From: Bugula neritina
Taxonomy: Eukaryota > Animalia > Bryozoa
Assembly (NCBI GenBank): GCA_964035545.1
Contig: OZ037771.1
Span: 257,428-321,427, forward strand
DNA: 64,000 nt
Reading direction: 5' to 3'
A model generated the notes under the pieces. The model had not been told where the DNA came from, ran no database searches, and was given only the letters and a program-made list of their open reading frames with translations. Every line of letters begins with the position of its first letter. The first letter of the stretch is position 1. Shown piece by piece: positions 16,480 to 36,500 of the stretch. The translations under genes were made by a program, and so were the position numbers.

Positions 16480-19399
16480 GCCACTGCAACAATAAATCAC
16501 ACATTAATTGGATAACAAGACGAGTTTAGGTAGTCAGGATGTATAGAAGTAAATAGGTTTTTCAAGAATTGCTGCACAATATACCTGTGAATATTTGTGA
16601 CGATTCTGCTTAATACATCTTCATTAAGATCTACATTTATGTTTAGCACAACTCAACAGTTGGCTGGTATATTTAGGATAACTAATAGCCATCCAGTTTA
16701 ACATGATGCACTTACCGGTCAACACAAACCTTTCACTGAAATAATAGACAGTCTACTAATCAGTTGTAACAAATAAGTAACAATATTGGCTTTTCCAGTT
16801 CGGTTGACAATAACCATAAAAATAAAATTCTCATTAAATTGAAAATTCAAACTTGAAAAAAAATACAAAAACTAAAAAGGCCATTAGATTTCTCCTTTTA
16901 TTCATCAATTTTTATCTTCAAAATCAATATTTAATTTTTATGAACAAATGGATAGTTTTTAATTGCTTTCAGTTATTTTATTGGATATAAGACAGGCGCT
17001 CAAAGCGAGTGTATGAAATTCAAATTTAGTCATATATGACCTCACTGTATCAGGGACAGATAATTTAACAACTTATTTATTAGCATAGATGATTTCCAAC
17101 ATAAGCCTTCTCCATTTACAAATTGGCGGTTACTCACAGTTAAGACTAGTGTGAGTAGACTCACTTGATGTAGTCAGAATGAGTGTTAGGTAGTCATCGA
17201 AGTTAAGAGTAGATGCGGTCATGAAGTATGCATGCAGAATACACACAGCAGTGAGTAGATGTAATGGCTTAGCTGCTGGAACACAAATACTGAAATAGAT
17301 TACGAAAAATCACCTACTCAAACGTACACCGAGTTATTGGTGATTGAAACAGCCTGCAATAAAATTTCGACTAAACATCCATTTATTTTAATGACCATGG
17401 CAATTCGTAACAATGTGAGATGGAGTACAACACAACATGAAATATATTTACCTGTTTAACTAGTATAAGTATAATTTTAATCACACTTCAAGCAACAACT
17501 ACAAGTTGAAGCTCAAATTATGAATAATCAGGATAAATCTGAATTGATTACGCAATTACTGTTGGTACACATTGACTATGAAAGTGACAATCCCAAATGG
17601 CGCTTTAGCTTGAGCTATACAAATTGAAATAGTAATACTGATACAATACTTATAGTGATCTTCATGCTCATGCTGTAGCATAAATGATCGATGAAATTTA
17701 AAGTTAAAGTTGAAATGTAAAATAATAAATGTTTGATTGAGAGACACAATAATTGTCACCATAAATATGACAATCATTATTTTCATAACAATCATAATGA
17801 TAATAATGTCTAATAATTATGATAATCTTAAAGTTAATGACTATCACTATGAGTAATGACCAAAAAATGATCAAATTAAAATGAGTAAATCAAAATGCGA
17901 TAAATAAATAATAATGATAATCATTATGATTATGATTATCATTATCATTATCATTATGATCATCATTTTGATTATTGGTTGCTTATTTTTACTCAAACAT
18001 TTTATAACTGTAACACAAATATTGAATTCTGCTATATTTATTAGTACTACTATTAGCTTTAGCCCTTACAATTCCGACTTTTGCTTTAAATTTCAGTTTG
18101 AACTTGAAGACGACTTGGTCTTGAGCTTTGGTTTAGTTTACTTTTACTTTTAGTTTTAGCAGTCTGAGCCTAAGCTAAAGTTTTAATACTTGAACAAATG
18201 ATATATTCATATGAGCTAAAGAACACTACTAAACCTATTTTTACTGATTAGTCTAAGCTAGTGTATATGAACACGACATCCTATATGAATATCGGTTCTA
18301 ACTTACAATCTGAATCATGATATTCATACTGCTAGTGCTACTACTACTAGTACTATTACTTCTAAGTGTAGTTCATAAAAGTTTATTTTAGAAGAATGAA
18401 AAGTGTAATCAGCGCTTTATTGGCCGGAATAGAAGCTGCTAACTCCGTAAATAATTTCGACCGCAATGTGCAACTCTACATGACAAATCCGATTCTAATA
18501 CACAAAGAAGAATATTTTGGAGTTGTTGACTTTTAATAAACCGTTCAGTCAAAGGACAGCAACTCCTTATAAACAATAGGAGGTGTAACAACTGTAACTT
18601 TTAACATGATTTTGAACACTAAATTATGATACAATATGTTGCTAGTTTTAACAAAATTTGAAAAAAGTTACAACAACATTTTGTCATCAGATAAAAACTC
18701 GCGTAATTTGAATGCTAAAGTATAACCATAATATTTTATTATTATCATGTATATGCACTACTATTACTACACAAGTTGACTAAAAACTACACAATTTATT
18801 GATTTATTTAATAATGTTTGAACATAACCTAGCATCATCTCTAATGATAAATCTAACTAAGGTGTAATAACACTATACCACACAATGTTTCTTTACCAAC
18901 TTTCTCATACAAAACAATAGCCTGAATAAGTATTATTTACTGCTAATGTTTGAGATCTAGGTATGTTTAGGAGGAGGTGCTAGCAACCTAACAGCAAAAA
19001 TCACAATTCATTACACAAATTGTTGGTAAAAGTTGTGCTTATTCCAATATATACCAGATTTATTTGTAACACCAGATCATTAAGATACTAGAAGAATCTA
19101 TTTTATAACAGCAAGCACTTCACAGACAAATATCTACAACCTGCTCAATGAAGTTGAGGTATAAATTAATATAAAAAAATATATTCTATAATCAAGATAT
19201 ACTATTTACATAATGCAGCAAGAATATAATTGTTTCCGCAAAATTCAAATAAATAAGTAAGGAACAAACAATAGAGAACTGTATTAAAATATATCATTGT
19301 TTAATTCTTTAAAAAGATGTGAGAATTTATAGATATAAAAATAGAGCTGGGATATGAAGTAACACTGACTGTACAGCTGCATGCTTTCTGTGGGCACAT

Positions 19400-19550
19400 C
19401 ATATAATCATATAGTAGTATAATAATATAGTCATATAATCATATAGTAGTATAATAATATAGTCATATAATCATATAGTAGTATAATAATATAGTCATAT
19501 AATCATATAGTAGTATAATAATATAGTCATATAATCATATAGTAACATAA
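19400..19550. repeat. 32-bp tandem repeat x~4.5 downstream of the PRKX stop
   Basis: CATATAATCATATAGTAGTATAATAATATAGT. Confidence 0.9.
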
Positions 19551-19636
19551 TCAAACTCAACATATATACAAACAGTGAGCTTTAGTGTGATGGAAGTTGT
19601 CTTCTTTAGCTCCTGGAGATATAAAGACTTTTCAGA

Positions 19637-19762
19637 GTCTGTCTGTGTGTCTTGTATAACATAAATACTACCATGTTTGTCTGTCTGTGTGTCTTGTATA
19701 ACATAGATACTACCATGTTCTCTGTCTGTGTGTCTTGTATAACATAGATACTACCATGTTTG
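19637..19762. repeat. ~42-bp tandem repeat x3 beginning immediately after the PRKX stop codon
   Basis: CTGTCTGTGTGTCTTGTATAACATAGATACTACCATGTTTGT. Confidence 0.9.
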
Positions 19763-26466
<6,704 letters not shown>

Positions 26467-27112
26467 GCCAATAGCCTCAGATATGATTAGTAGAGTAGAA
26501 GTGGAGTAGAGGTAGAGTAGAGGTGGAGTAGAGGTAGAGTAGAAGTGAAGTATACAGGTAGTGTAGAGGTAGCAGCTCACACTCAATGTCTCCTCCTCAT
26601 TCAACACTTTCTAAATTTAGATTGAGTAATATTTCAATAAGCAACCAGTAAAGATTCACAGGTCAAAGGAAAGAAACCAAAAACAAAGTTGATTTAATTG
26701 AGCAGCAGTAGAAGGAAAACAAAGCTATAATAAAAGCAGGATCAATGTCGTGTTGAATCAGTCATTGTAATTTGATATATTTAGAAAATGCTTCCTTTGT
26801 ATATATAGAAAAAGGTGTACAATATAAGGCCGTGGTGTTATGGTGAACTTATCAACTACTAATGTAATGATTGTGTAATATAACAATACAATATGCCAAG
26901 TAACACTGGTATTGCCTCCTGACAGCAGCAGCAAAAGCAGCAGCAGTGAGCGGTGGTGGCAGCAGCAGCATAGGCCAGAAGCTATGTTTTGCACATCAAA
27001 CAGATGATTAAATTAATAAACCAGTTCCTACTCCCTGGTGTATATTTACTAGCTATAATTAGTAATTGTTATTTTCAATAATTATGATTAGTATTATAAT
27101 CAGTATTATGCA

Positions 27113-27530
27113 TGTACTGTGTAGTAGTACTGTGTAGTAGTAGTACTGTGGTGTAGTAGTACTGTGTAGTAGTAGTACTGTGTAGTAGTACTGTGTAGTA
27201 GCAGTACTGTGGAGTAGTAGTACTGTGTAGTAGTACTGTGTAGTAGTACTGTGTAGTAGTAGTACTGTGTAGTAGTAGTACTGTGTAGTAGTAGTACTGT
27301 GGAGTAGTAGTACTGTGTAGTAGTAGTACTGTGTAGTAGTAGTACTGTGTAGTAGTACTGTGTAGTAGTAGTACTGTGTAGTAGTAGTACTGTGTAGTAG
27401 TAGTACTGTGTAGTAGCAGTACTGTGGAGTAGCAGTACTGTGTAGTAGTAGTACTGTGTAGTAGTAGTACTGTGGAGTAGTAGTACTGTGTAGTAGTAGT
27501 ACTGTGTAGTAGTACTGTGGAGTAGTACTA
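27113..27530. repeat. TACTGTG(TAG)n minisatellite
   Basis: Directly visible upstream of the PRKX ATG. Confidence 0.95.
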
Positions 27531-27737
27531 CTTGATCTACTGGGTACACAAAGTCCACAGTGTATCAAGTAATTTTATCATACCAGACTACTTGAGAAAT
27601 GCTACACATGGATAAATTTTGTGATAACAATTTTATAACCAGTTATGCAATATTAAACACAAAAACTGAAAATAGCAACTGTTTGCACAGAGTGAGTTCT
27701 TCCAACAAGATTACTACTGCACCCCTGAGACAGTACC

Positions 27738-28080
27738 AGCCCTCTTCTCTACCCTACCCTCCCCCCCCGCCCTCTTCTCTACCCTCCCCAGCCCTCTCCT
27801 CTACCCTACCCTCTCCTCTACCCTACCCTCTCCTCTACCCTACCCTACCCTCTTCTCTACCCTCCCCAGCCCTCTCCTCTACCCTATCCAGCCCTCTCCT
27901 CTACCCCCCCCAGCCCCCTCCTCTACCCTCTCCCTAGTCCTCTTTAACTACCATCCACTCCCCCAGTCCTCTTTAACTACCCCCCCCTCCGTCCTCTTTA
28001 ACTACCATCCACTCTTCCCAGTCTCATTTAACTACCCTACCCTCCCTCAGCCCTCTTCTTTATCCTCCATATCCTCTTTA
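27738..28080. repeat. C-rich low-complexity repeat (G-rich on the minus strand)
   Basis: CCCTCTCCTCTACCCTA variants. Confidence 0.85.
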
Positions 28081-28380
28081 GCTGCTTATAGGAAATTAAC
28101 TCACAACAAACTACTGAAGTTGCCTTTGAGGGTAAAACAAATAAATTAAGCAACTGCAGCTATGCTTTTGTGTTACAGAATTTGAGCAGAAAAAGTTGTT
28201 GTGGTGATAATAAGATATTTGCATTCACTGTTGTGTTGTATGATAGAGTATCAGATCAATATACAATACACATAGTACAACCTGTAGGACTAGCTAACTG
28301 TATTTGTATAGTGGGTGTATATGTCTGTTTGTTTTTAGCAACCATAGCACCTGCACAACTAACAGCTTACTAGTCTAGTG

Positions 28381-28563
28381 ATATAACATTGTAATACATT
28401 ACTATAATATAGTTATCTGATGTAATAATATAACATTGTAATACATTACTATAATATAGTTATCTGATGTAATAATATAACATTGTAATACATTACTATA
28501 ATATAGTTATCTGATGTAATAATATAACATTGTAATACATTACTATAATATAGTTACCTGATG
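28381..28563. repeat. 47-bp tandem repeat x4
   Basis: ATATAACATTGTAATACATTACTATAATATAGTTATCTGATGTAATA. Confidence 0.95.
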
Positions 28564-29848
28564 TGGTAGTATGGAGTAGTATAGACTATAATACAATACT
28601 GTAGCAGTAATAGCTATAATATATTCCCACAGCTCATACACACATGAATGTAATAACTTGCAGCTGTAACGCACAACTTTTTAATAAGTCAATGATTTTA
28701 TAATTTAAAATAAAAATAAGGCACTACTTATTGTAAGTAAACCTGGAATTGAAAATACATAATGATGAAGAGTTAGGTATGGATTAAGGACACAGAATAC
28801 AAGACAGTATGAGTATATGAAATGTTATATTTGCACCTCACATTATTATTGTAATATTAATAGCATATATTATTATTACTATCATACCTTAATACAACAG
28901 CACTTCACCTGTAGACTGATGGAGTATTACTGAGATAGTTACCTGTAGCTAGTTACCTGTAGCTAGTTACCTGTAGCTAGCTGATAAAGGACTACTGAGC
29001 TAGAGTACTACTGAGCTAGAATGTTAGCATGCAACACCTGTGTTTATGTTGAGGGTATATGCTGGTAACTGATAGCATAGCAGCAGCTTAGCTGGTGGTT
29101 ACACAATGCAGTGATGAAAGAGCACCTATGGGCTATTGTTTACACAGCACTTGCACTACCCACTACCACCCAGCCTGCCTGCATTAAAGTAGTTTACTAA
29201 CAAGAGAAGATGACTTCAACAAACAATGAATAGTAGGCCTATTTATCAATCATCTCAATGTAGATTTTCTGTAAGTATTATATATAATAGCATTGCAAAT
29301 ATACTGTATTATAGATATGCTGTATTATAAATATACTGTATTATAGATATACTGTATTATAGATATGATATACTGTATTATAGATGTACTGTACTATATA
29401 TATACTGTACTATAGATGTACTGTATTATAGATATACTGTATTATATATATACTGTACTATAAATAAAAAGATCACATAAACTGTGCGAATGCATTTCAA
29501 TTTCAAAATAAATATAAAACTGTAGTTGCCTTTCCATGTTAAAACTATGTACAGATAATCCCAGAAACAGACATAATTAAAATGTAACTGAATTTCCTTA
29601 AATGTTACATATAACCCTACAAGCCATATAGACTTACTCATAGCTAGAGATGGCTTTACTGGGTACAAATAATTATATTTTAAGGCTACACTCCACTACT
29701 ACTGTTAGTAGGAGAGTTAGTCACAATGTCACATGACTAGTCACGAAGTCACATGACCAGTACAGTTGCAGAGTACATCTACCAATGCTAGATGGTCATC
29801 TAGTCACTGGATTGCCAGATGGAAACAGAGTCAGCAGTTTCTGTCCTC

Positions 29849-31888
29849 TCAGAGAGAAGAGCTCATGTTCTGCAGATCCCCTCTGATGTCACTCAGCTGG
29901 GCCTCCAGCTCCTTCAGCTCTTTCAGTCTGCAGTCAAGATGAACTTCCAACTGCTTCTCCTGCAACACCAGTCAGCAAGGTGTCAGCAGTAAAGTGTCAG
30001 AGTAAACTGTCAGCAGTAAAGTATCAGAGTAAAGTGTCAGCAGTAAAGTGTCAGAGTAAACTGTCAGCAGTAAAGTACCAGAGTAAACTGACAGCAGTAA
30101 AGTATCAGAGTAAACTGTCAGCAGTAAAGTAGCTTTAGTACCTGAGCCTTATGTAGGAATAAAATCAATACTTTTTATAAACTTGTGATACGCATCAACA
30201 TTGATAGAAAAGACGACAGTGAACTAACTTCCAGTATTTTATCAAAGATGGATCTACATTCTGTGATGGAGACGGACGTGTCAGATGCATGTCGGTGACA
30301 GTCGTCAGCAGGTAGTAACACGTGTGCTGGCACATGGAAGTGTTGCCTGTGCAGTGAACACTACAGATACATACAGTAGAGATACATACAGTATAGAGGA
30401 GTAATACATACAGTATAGAGGAGTAATACATACAGTATAGAGGAGTAATACATACAGTATAGAGGAGTAATACATACAGTATAGAGGAGTAATACATACA
30501 GTATAGAGGAGTAATACATACAGTATAGAGGAGTAATACATACAGTATAGAGGAGTAATACATACAGTATAGAGGAGTAATACATACAGTATAGAGGAGT
30601 AATACATACAGTATAGAGGAGTAATACATACAGTATAGAGGAGTAATACATACAGTATAGAGGAGTTTAATACATACAGTATAGAGGAGTAATACATACA
30701 GTATAGAGGAGTAATACATACAGTATAGAGGAGTAATACATACAGTATAGAGGAGTAATACATACAGTATAGAGGAGTAATACATACAGTATAGAGGAGT
30801 AATACATACAGTATAGAGGAGTAATACATACAGTATAGAGGAGTAATACATACAGTATAGAGGAGTAATACATACAGTATAGAGGAGTAATACATACAGT
30901 ATAGAGGAGTAATACATACAGTATAGAGGAGTAATACATACAGTATAGAGGAGTAATACATACAGTATAGAGGAGTAATACATACAGTATAGAGGAGTTT
31001 AATACATACAGTATAGAGGAGTAATACATACAGTATAGAGGAGTAATACATACAGTATAGAGGAGTAATACATACAGTATAGAGGAGTAATACATACAGT
31101 ATAGAGGAGTAATACATACAGTATAGAGGAGTAATACATACAGTATAGAGGAGTAATACATACAGTATAGAGGAGTAATACATACAGCACAGAGATATAC
31201 CTACGCAGTTGATACACATCATAACTCACCCACAACACATTGAATGCATGTCCAACAAATCCATTGTCCTTCAAATTATCTGTTCCTTCTCCAAACAAGT
31301 ACTTCTCAATTCCTTTAAACCCCTGTTTGATTATTTTCTTATTTTCAGCTTTCTAAAAGATGCAACAGCAGTTACTGTTAGACATTATATGAAGCAACAG
31401 GCCCTAACCACATAGTTTATTCACTCTACAGTCTACTTATTTCTTGAGGTAAACATATACAACATACACAGTATGCTTGTTTGAAAGTGATACTTCATAC
31501 CTCCAGTAATACGCCTTTCATTTCCTCCAACGCCTCACCACAATGACCTCTAAATATCTTCTCCACTAAAACACATCCGCACTTTGCGAATCAACAATAC
31601 TATTTACAGTAAAACTAAACTGTATATTTACAGCAAAACTAAAGCAAGATCAAAATACCTTTACAAGCAAGTGATGAATACAAATTTAGTTTATTTATGG
31701 ATAGGAATTTAGTTAAACAAAGATGGTGTAGAGTTTGCAGAGCTGGATACACTGGAAACTAAATACTATTGCATGTACTTGCCTTGCTGAGTAAACTGGT
31801 CACAAGTTATTCCATGGTGCTGCGCATTGTAACTTTCCTCTGAAAATATTTTGCGATATTTTTCTCTGGTTGATCCCAAATCAGACAT
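29849..31888 (-). CDS. MIS12: Probable kinetochore protein MIS12 homologue (not in the ORF track)
   Basis: Exons 31888-31783 (GC donor), 31565-31501, 31352-31230, 30360-30229, 29959-29849 give a ~180-aa protein. SYNAQHHGIT resembles human TYEAQFFGFT, FHVPAHVLLPADDC resembles LRIPSNILLPEDKC, and the C-terminus looks coiled-coil. The exon 3/4 junction has an alternative in-frame solution (donor ~31200, acceptor ~30346). Confidence 0.62.
29983..30130. repeat. 14/15-bp intronic repeat
   Basis: GTCAG(C)AGTAAA(G/C)T variants next to the acceptor at 29960. Confidence 0.85.
30370..31187. repeat. 22-bp minisatellite x~37 filling MIS12-like intron 3
   Basis: ATACAGTATAGAGGAGTAATAC, almost invariant. 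Confidence 0.98.
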
Positions 31889-32859
31889 ACTAGCTGCTAC
31901 CTACAAAGCCAAATTCCGAGATGCAACGCTCTTACTTATCATGTGTCGAGTCTTGATATGCTCATTCTATGCCTGGTAGCACAACAAATCTTAGACATGT
32001 AATGCATAGTATTATATTGGTAATTTATTGATGCTTTACATATCAACATTAGGTGAAACTGAGTAGCAATTATGATAATAATTGGTATAATTATGTATAG
32101 TTATTATAATTATACTTCTTTTTATTGTTATTTATATTAATCATATTAATTATTTAATTTAAATTAAAATGATTGTGAATATTGCAGATAAAATTAAAAA
32201 ATATAGACAAGTGTAAAAAATTTTTGTTTTCAAATTTTACCAATTACAACAGTGAATCATTAAATATATGTAATACTGTTAGCTCTTCAAATTAATTTCT
32301 AGTTGCTCAATCTTAATAAGTTAATTTATACAATAATTATTTTCTATCTGAGTGTTAGAAGAGTAAACTTTGATTAGTCAGCAACTCAATTCAAATGCTA
32401 ATACTATACTACTAGTACAAGTTGAAGTATACTGTATAGTGAACTACATATTTTATATTTAGTTAACATTAAATTTTATATTGCTTCGAGGCTAAAACCT
32501 TAACGTACAGTTACTGTAAGTTTAACTGTAAGATAACGACAAAATCCAATTCAACGTGAAACTGAAAGTCAAAGTTTAAGTGTGTTTGTTAGTGTTACTT
32601 TTAACCTTAAGCCTAGGCCTAGCCCTGAGAGTGAGAGTAAGGGCTAAGGCTTAAACTTAAACTTAAAGTTAAACTTAAACTAAAACTTAGAGTTAAACTT
32701 AATGTTATCTTGAGACTTTCATTTAAATTTTTTCGATATTTGAATTAAAAAACGCAGCTAAACATTAAACTGACTATTAAATTAAATAATTACAAACATT
32801 TAGTTACTTGATTTAATATATTAATATTTTAATTTAATGATTGAAATTCACTTGCAGTT

Positions 32860-33100
32860 ACACTTACTGTAACTTGACCGAGTTCGGCGTTGAAAATTTC
32901 GCGCACTGTCACTCAAATTTGTGCACCTGTTACATAGTTTTATCTTTTTATGTGGATTTTATCCGTTTACCTGCACACTGCAATTTAGGACTATACTTGA
33001 TACCGATATGAGCCGCAGTGCCTAGTCTCCACCTCATTGGCTGTAGCCAAAGTGATGTACATGTATATGCCCTTTAACCTTTCGATGTTCTCAAAAAGAT
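32860..33100. promoter_or_regulatory. Candidate bidirectional promoter between the MIS12-like gene and SUPT7L
   Basis: Head-to-head genes with ATGs 1.7 kb apart. Locally CpG/GC-richer segment with ATTGG (CCAAT on the minus strand) at ~33036. Position is inferred. Confidence 0.4.
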
Positions 33101-33569
33101 TGTCATGCATTCACTGTAGGAGATAGTGTTAACTCATTGATATTGCTATTTAGATTAATTTACGAATGGTGCTAAGATAATTATTTTTTCAATTTCACAA
33201 TTTATGAACATTCATAATCGAAATTACATTAAATGTAATATTAATATCACTTTAATTTATAGTTACCATAATAATCTGAATCGTAAAGATGACCAAGTCT
33301 TAGAGTTAGTCACATTCATACTGATACTGATACTCACTATCATACTGGTACTCATAGTCATAGTGATTAATCTAATCACCAAGTCTAGTGCGTAATGAGT
33401 ATCATTGTAAATAATTATTTTTGTAACTATTGTAATCATAATAGTTAGAATGTAAAACCAAATCAAAATTTAATCATAATGATAATGATAATGTAGAACT
33501 AGGAATAGCTGCGGTAATATTAATATTATGATGTTTTCTTGATTATCATAAGTCTAAGATTGTTTGTAG

Positions 33570-36500
33570 ATGGCACTGCATTGGGGTGAATATGCTGACA
33601 GTCATTCGTGTGCTGACCTGTTGTCTCCCCATGACTTCCTTTTGTCAAGTTATAAAATACCAGCGGAGTCTGCTTCTAATGTTCCTCCTACCTTCAAGAT
33701 AAAAGATGAAGAAAGGCTGCCAAGGTTTGTGAATGTAATTCGCCTTTAAACTGCATATGGTCTCTGTACCAACTTACAAAATCTTCTCTTAATATTGCTG
33801 AAACTATCTAAACCTGTAGCAAATCAAACTACAGAGGCCAGCCGTGGTAAACTTCATGTTCTCATTTAGCCTGTCAAAATCATATGCATATGACTTGGTA
33901 TTGCTTTACATAAAACACTAGGTTGTTTGCGTTTTTGAGTATCTCTGTTTTATTGCAACTGTTTGTAAGATACTGTTTCATGTGCTAATATTTTTACTCT
34001 TTTCAATGGAATGAGTTACTTTTAGCAATCAAGTTGGTGTCAATCGTGGAATAGTTGAACACACAATACAACTGGAGCAATATCGCTCTAAACTCCATAC
34101 TTTGATCGGTGTGGCGGTACAACAGCTGGCTGAGTCAGGAGTGAGTACACATTTTCAGAATAGTAAGCAGATGCTGCGCTATGTAGACCTGTGTGGGCAG
34201 ATAACTCCTGTGAGCTGTAACTTGTGTTGCAGGTAGAACAGACAACTCCTGACATACAAGAATGTCCTTCACCTCCACCCTGTTCCAGCTGCCACCACCT
34301 ACAGTCGAAATATGCAGATGTTTCTAACAGGTTAGTTTGTGATGGTCTCATCTGTCATGTTCCATCGGTATGTCTGTGCATGTGATAACATGTGGTAACC
34401 ACGTGTTATCACATGTGATGGTAACCATGTGGTAGCTATGTGATAACCACGTGATAACATGTGATGGTAACCATGTGGTAGCTATGTGATAACCATGTGA
34501 TAACCATGTGGTAACCATGTGGTAACCATGTGGTAACCATGTGATAACATGTGATGGTAACCATGTATACTGCAGAGACTTCATCAGAGGTGTGGGAAAA
34601 GCCCCAGACAAGGTGACTCCATCTACTTGCAACCACCTGCTGAGACAGGCTGTAGCCCAGCTTGCCCTGCATCAGGGCTATGAAGGTAAGCTTCTACTCC
34701 TTTACATGCTGCCGTATTCCTTTACATGCTGCCGTATTCCTCTACATGCTGCCGTATTCCTCTACATGCTGCCGTATTCCTCTACATGCTGCCGTATTCC
34801 TCTACATGCTGCCGTATTCCTTTACATGCTGCCGTATTCCTCTACATGCTGCCGTATTCCTCTACATGCTGCCGTATTCCTTTACATGCTACCGTACTCC
34901 TTTACATGCTACTGTATTCCTTTACATGCTGCTGTAGAAGCAGCTCCATCAGCGTTGGATGCTCTCACAGGTGCCTGTCAGGTGTTCTACAAGAAGCTGC
35001 TGTCTCAACTACGACACAATGTTGACATGGAGAGAGAGCATGGCTATACTGGTTTCCAGGTGAGTCTTTAGAGACTAGCTGACAGGTGAGACTAGCTGAC
35101 AGGTGAGTAGAGACTAACTAACAGGTGAGTAGAGACTAGCTAACAGGTGAGACTAGCTGACAGGTGAGACTAGCTGACAGGTGAGACTAGCTGACAGGTG
35201 AGACTAGCTGACAGGTGAGACTAGCTGACAGGTGAGACTAGCTGACAGGTGAGACTAGCTGACAAGTGAGACTAGCTGACAAGTGAGACTAGCTGACAAG
35301 TGAGACTAGCTGACAAGTGAGTAGACATTTGATATGTATTATATTATAGAGAAGACAACTCTGTAACATTTCTCCCACAGGACTGTATGCACCGGACACT
35401 GGCCCAAGTGGGACACAGAGACCTCAGTCACTTGCTCTCAGACTACCATCACAGCACTGCACTCCGACACAGCAGACTAGTGACCACCTGTGCTGACCTC
35501 CACGCTGCCTACCGGGATATTCAGAGGACGAGGGAGGTTCCAGAGCAGCTGTTCACTCTCATTCCATCTCTCAGCAGGTGCAAACTTTACTACTACTACT
35601 TCACAATACACTGTAGTGCATGTGTTCACAATACACGCTGTCATACTGTAGTGCATGTGTTCACAATACACGCTGTCATACTGTAGTGCATGTGTTCACA
35701 ATACACGCTGTCATACTGTGATATATGTGTTCACAATACACGCTGTCATACTGTAGTGCATGTGTTCACAATACATGCTGTCATACTGTAGTGCATGTGT
35801 TCACAATACACGCTGTCATACTGTGATATATGTGTTCACAATACACGCTGTCATACTGTGATATATGTGTTCACAATACACGCTGTCATACTGTGATATA
35901 TGTGTTCACAATACATGCTGTCATACTGTAGTGCATGTGTTCACAATACACGCTGTCATACTGTGGTATATGTGTTCACAGAGACTACCACTCGACTGTG
36001 CTGTCGCTCTCGGATAATGACGATAAATCTGAAGGCAGCGGCAATGTTGTTGAGCTGGAAGACGTATTGGGTGAAGACAACGACGCAGAGAAGCTATTGG
36101 AGTTAGCAGGTAAATATCTATCTGTCTAGCACCTTTCTATAACCTCTCTCTCACCATTATCTATGCTTTGTCATCTATGCTCTACAATATATACACTCTA
36201 TAATATATACACTCTATAATATATACACTCTATAATATATACACTCTACAATATACACACTCTATGATATATACACTCTATGATATATACACTCTATAAT
36301 AATACACTCTGTAATATATACACTCTATAATATATACACTCTATAATATATACACTCTATAATATATACACTCTATAATATATACACTCTATAATATATA
36401 CACTCTATAATATATACACTCTATAATATATACACTCTATAATATATACACTCTATAATATATACACTCTACAATATATACACTCTATAATATATACACT

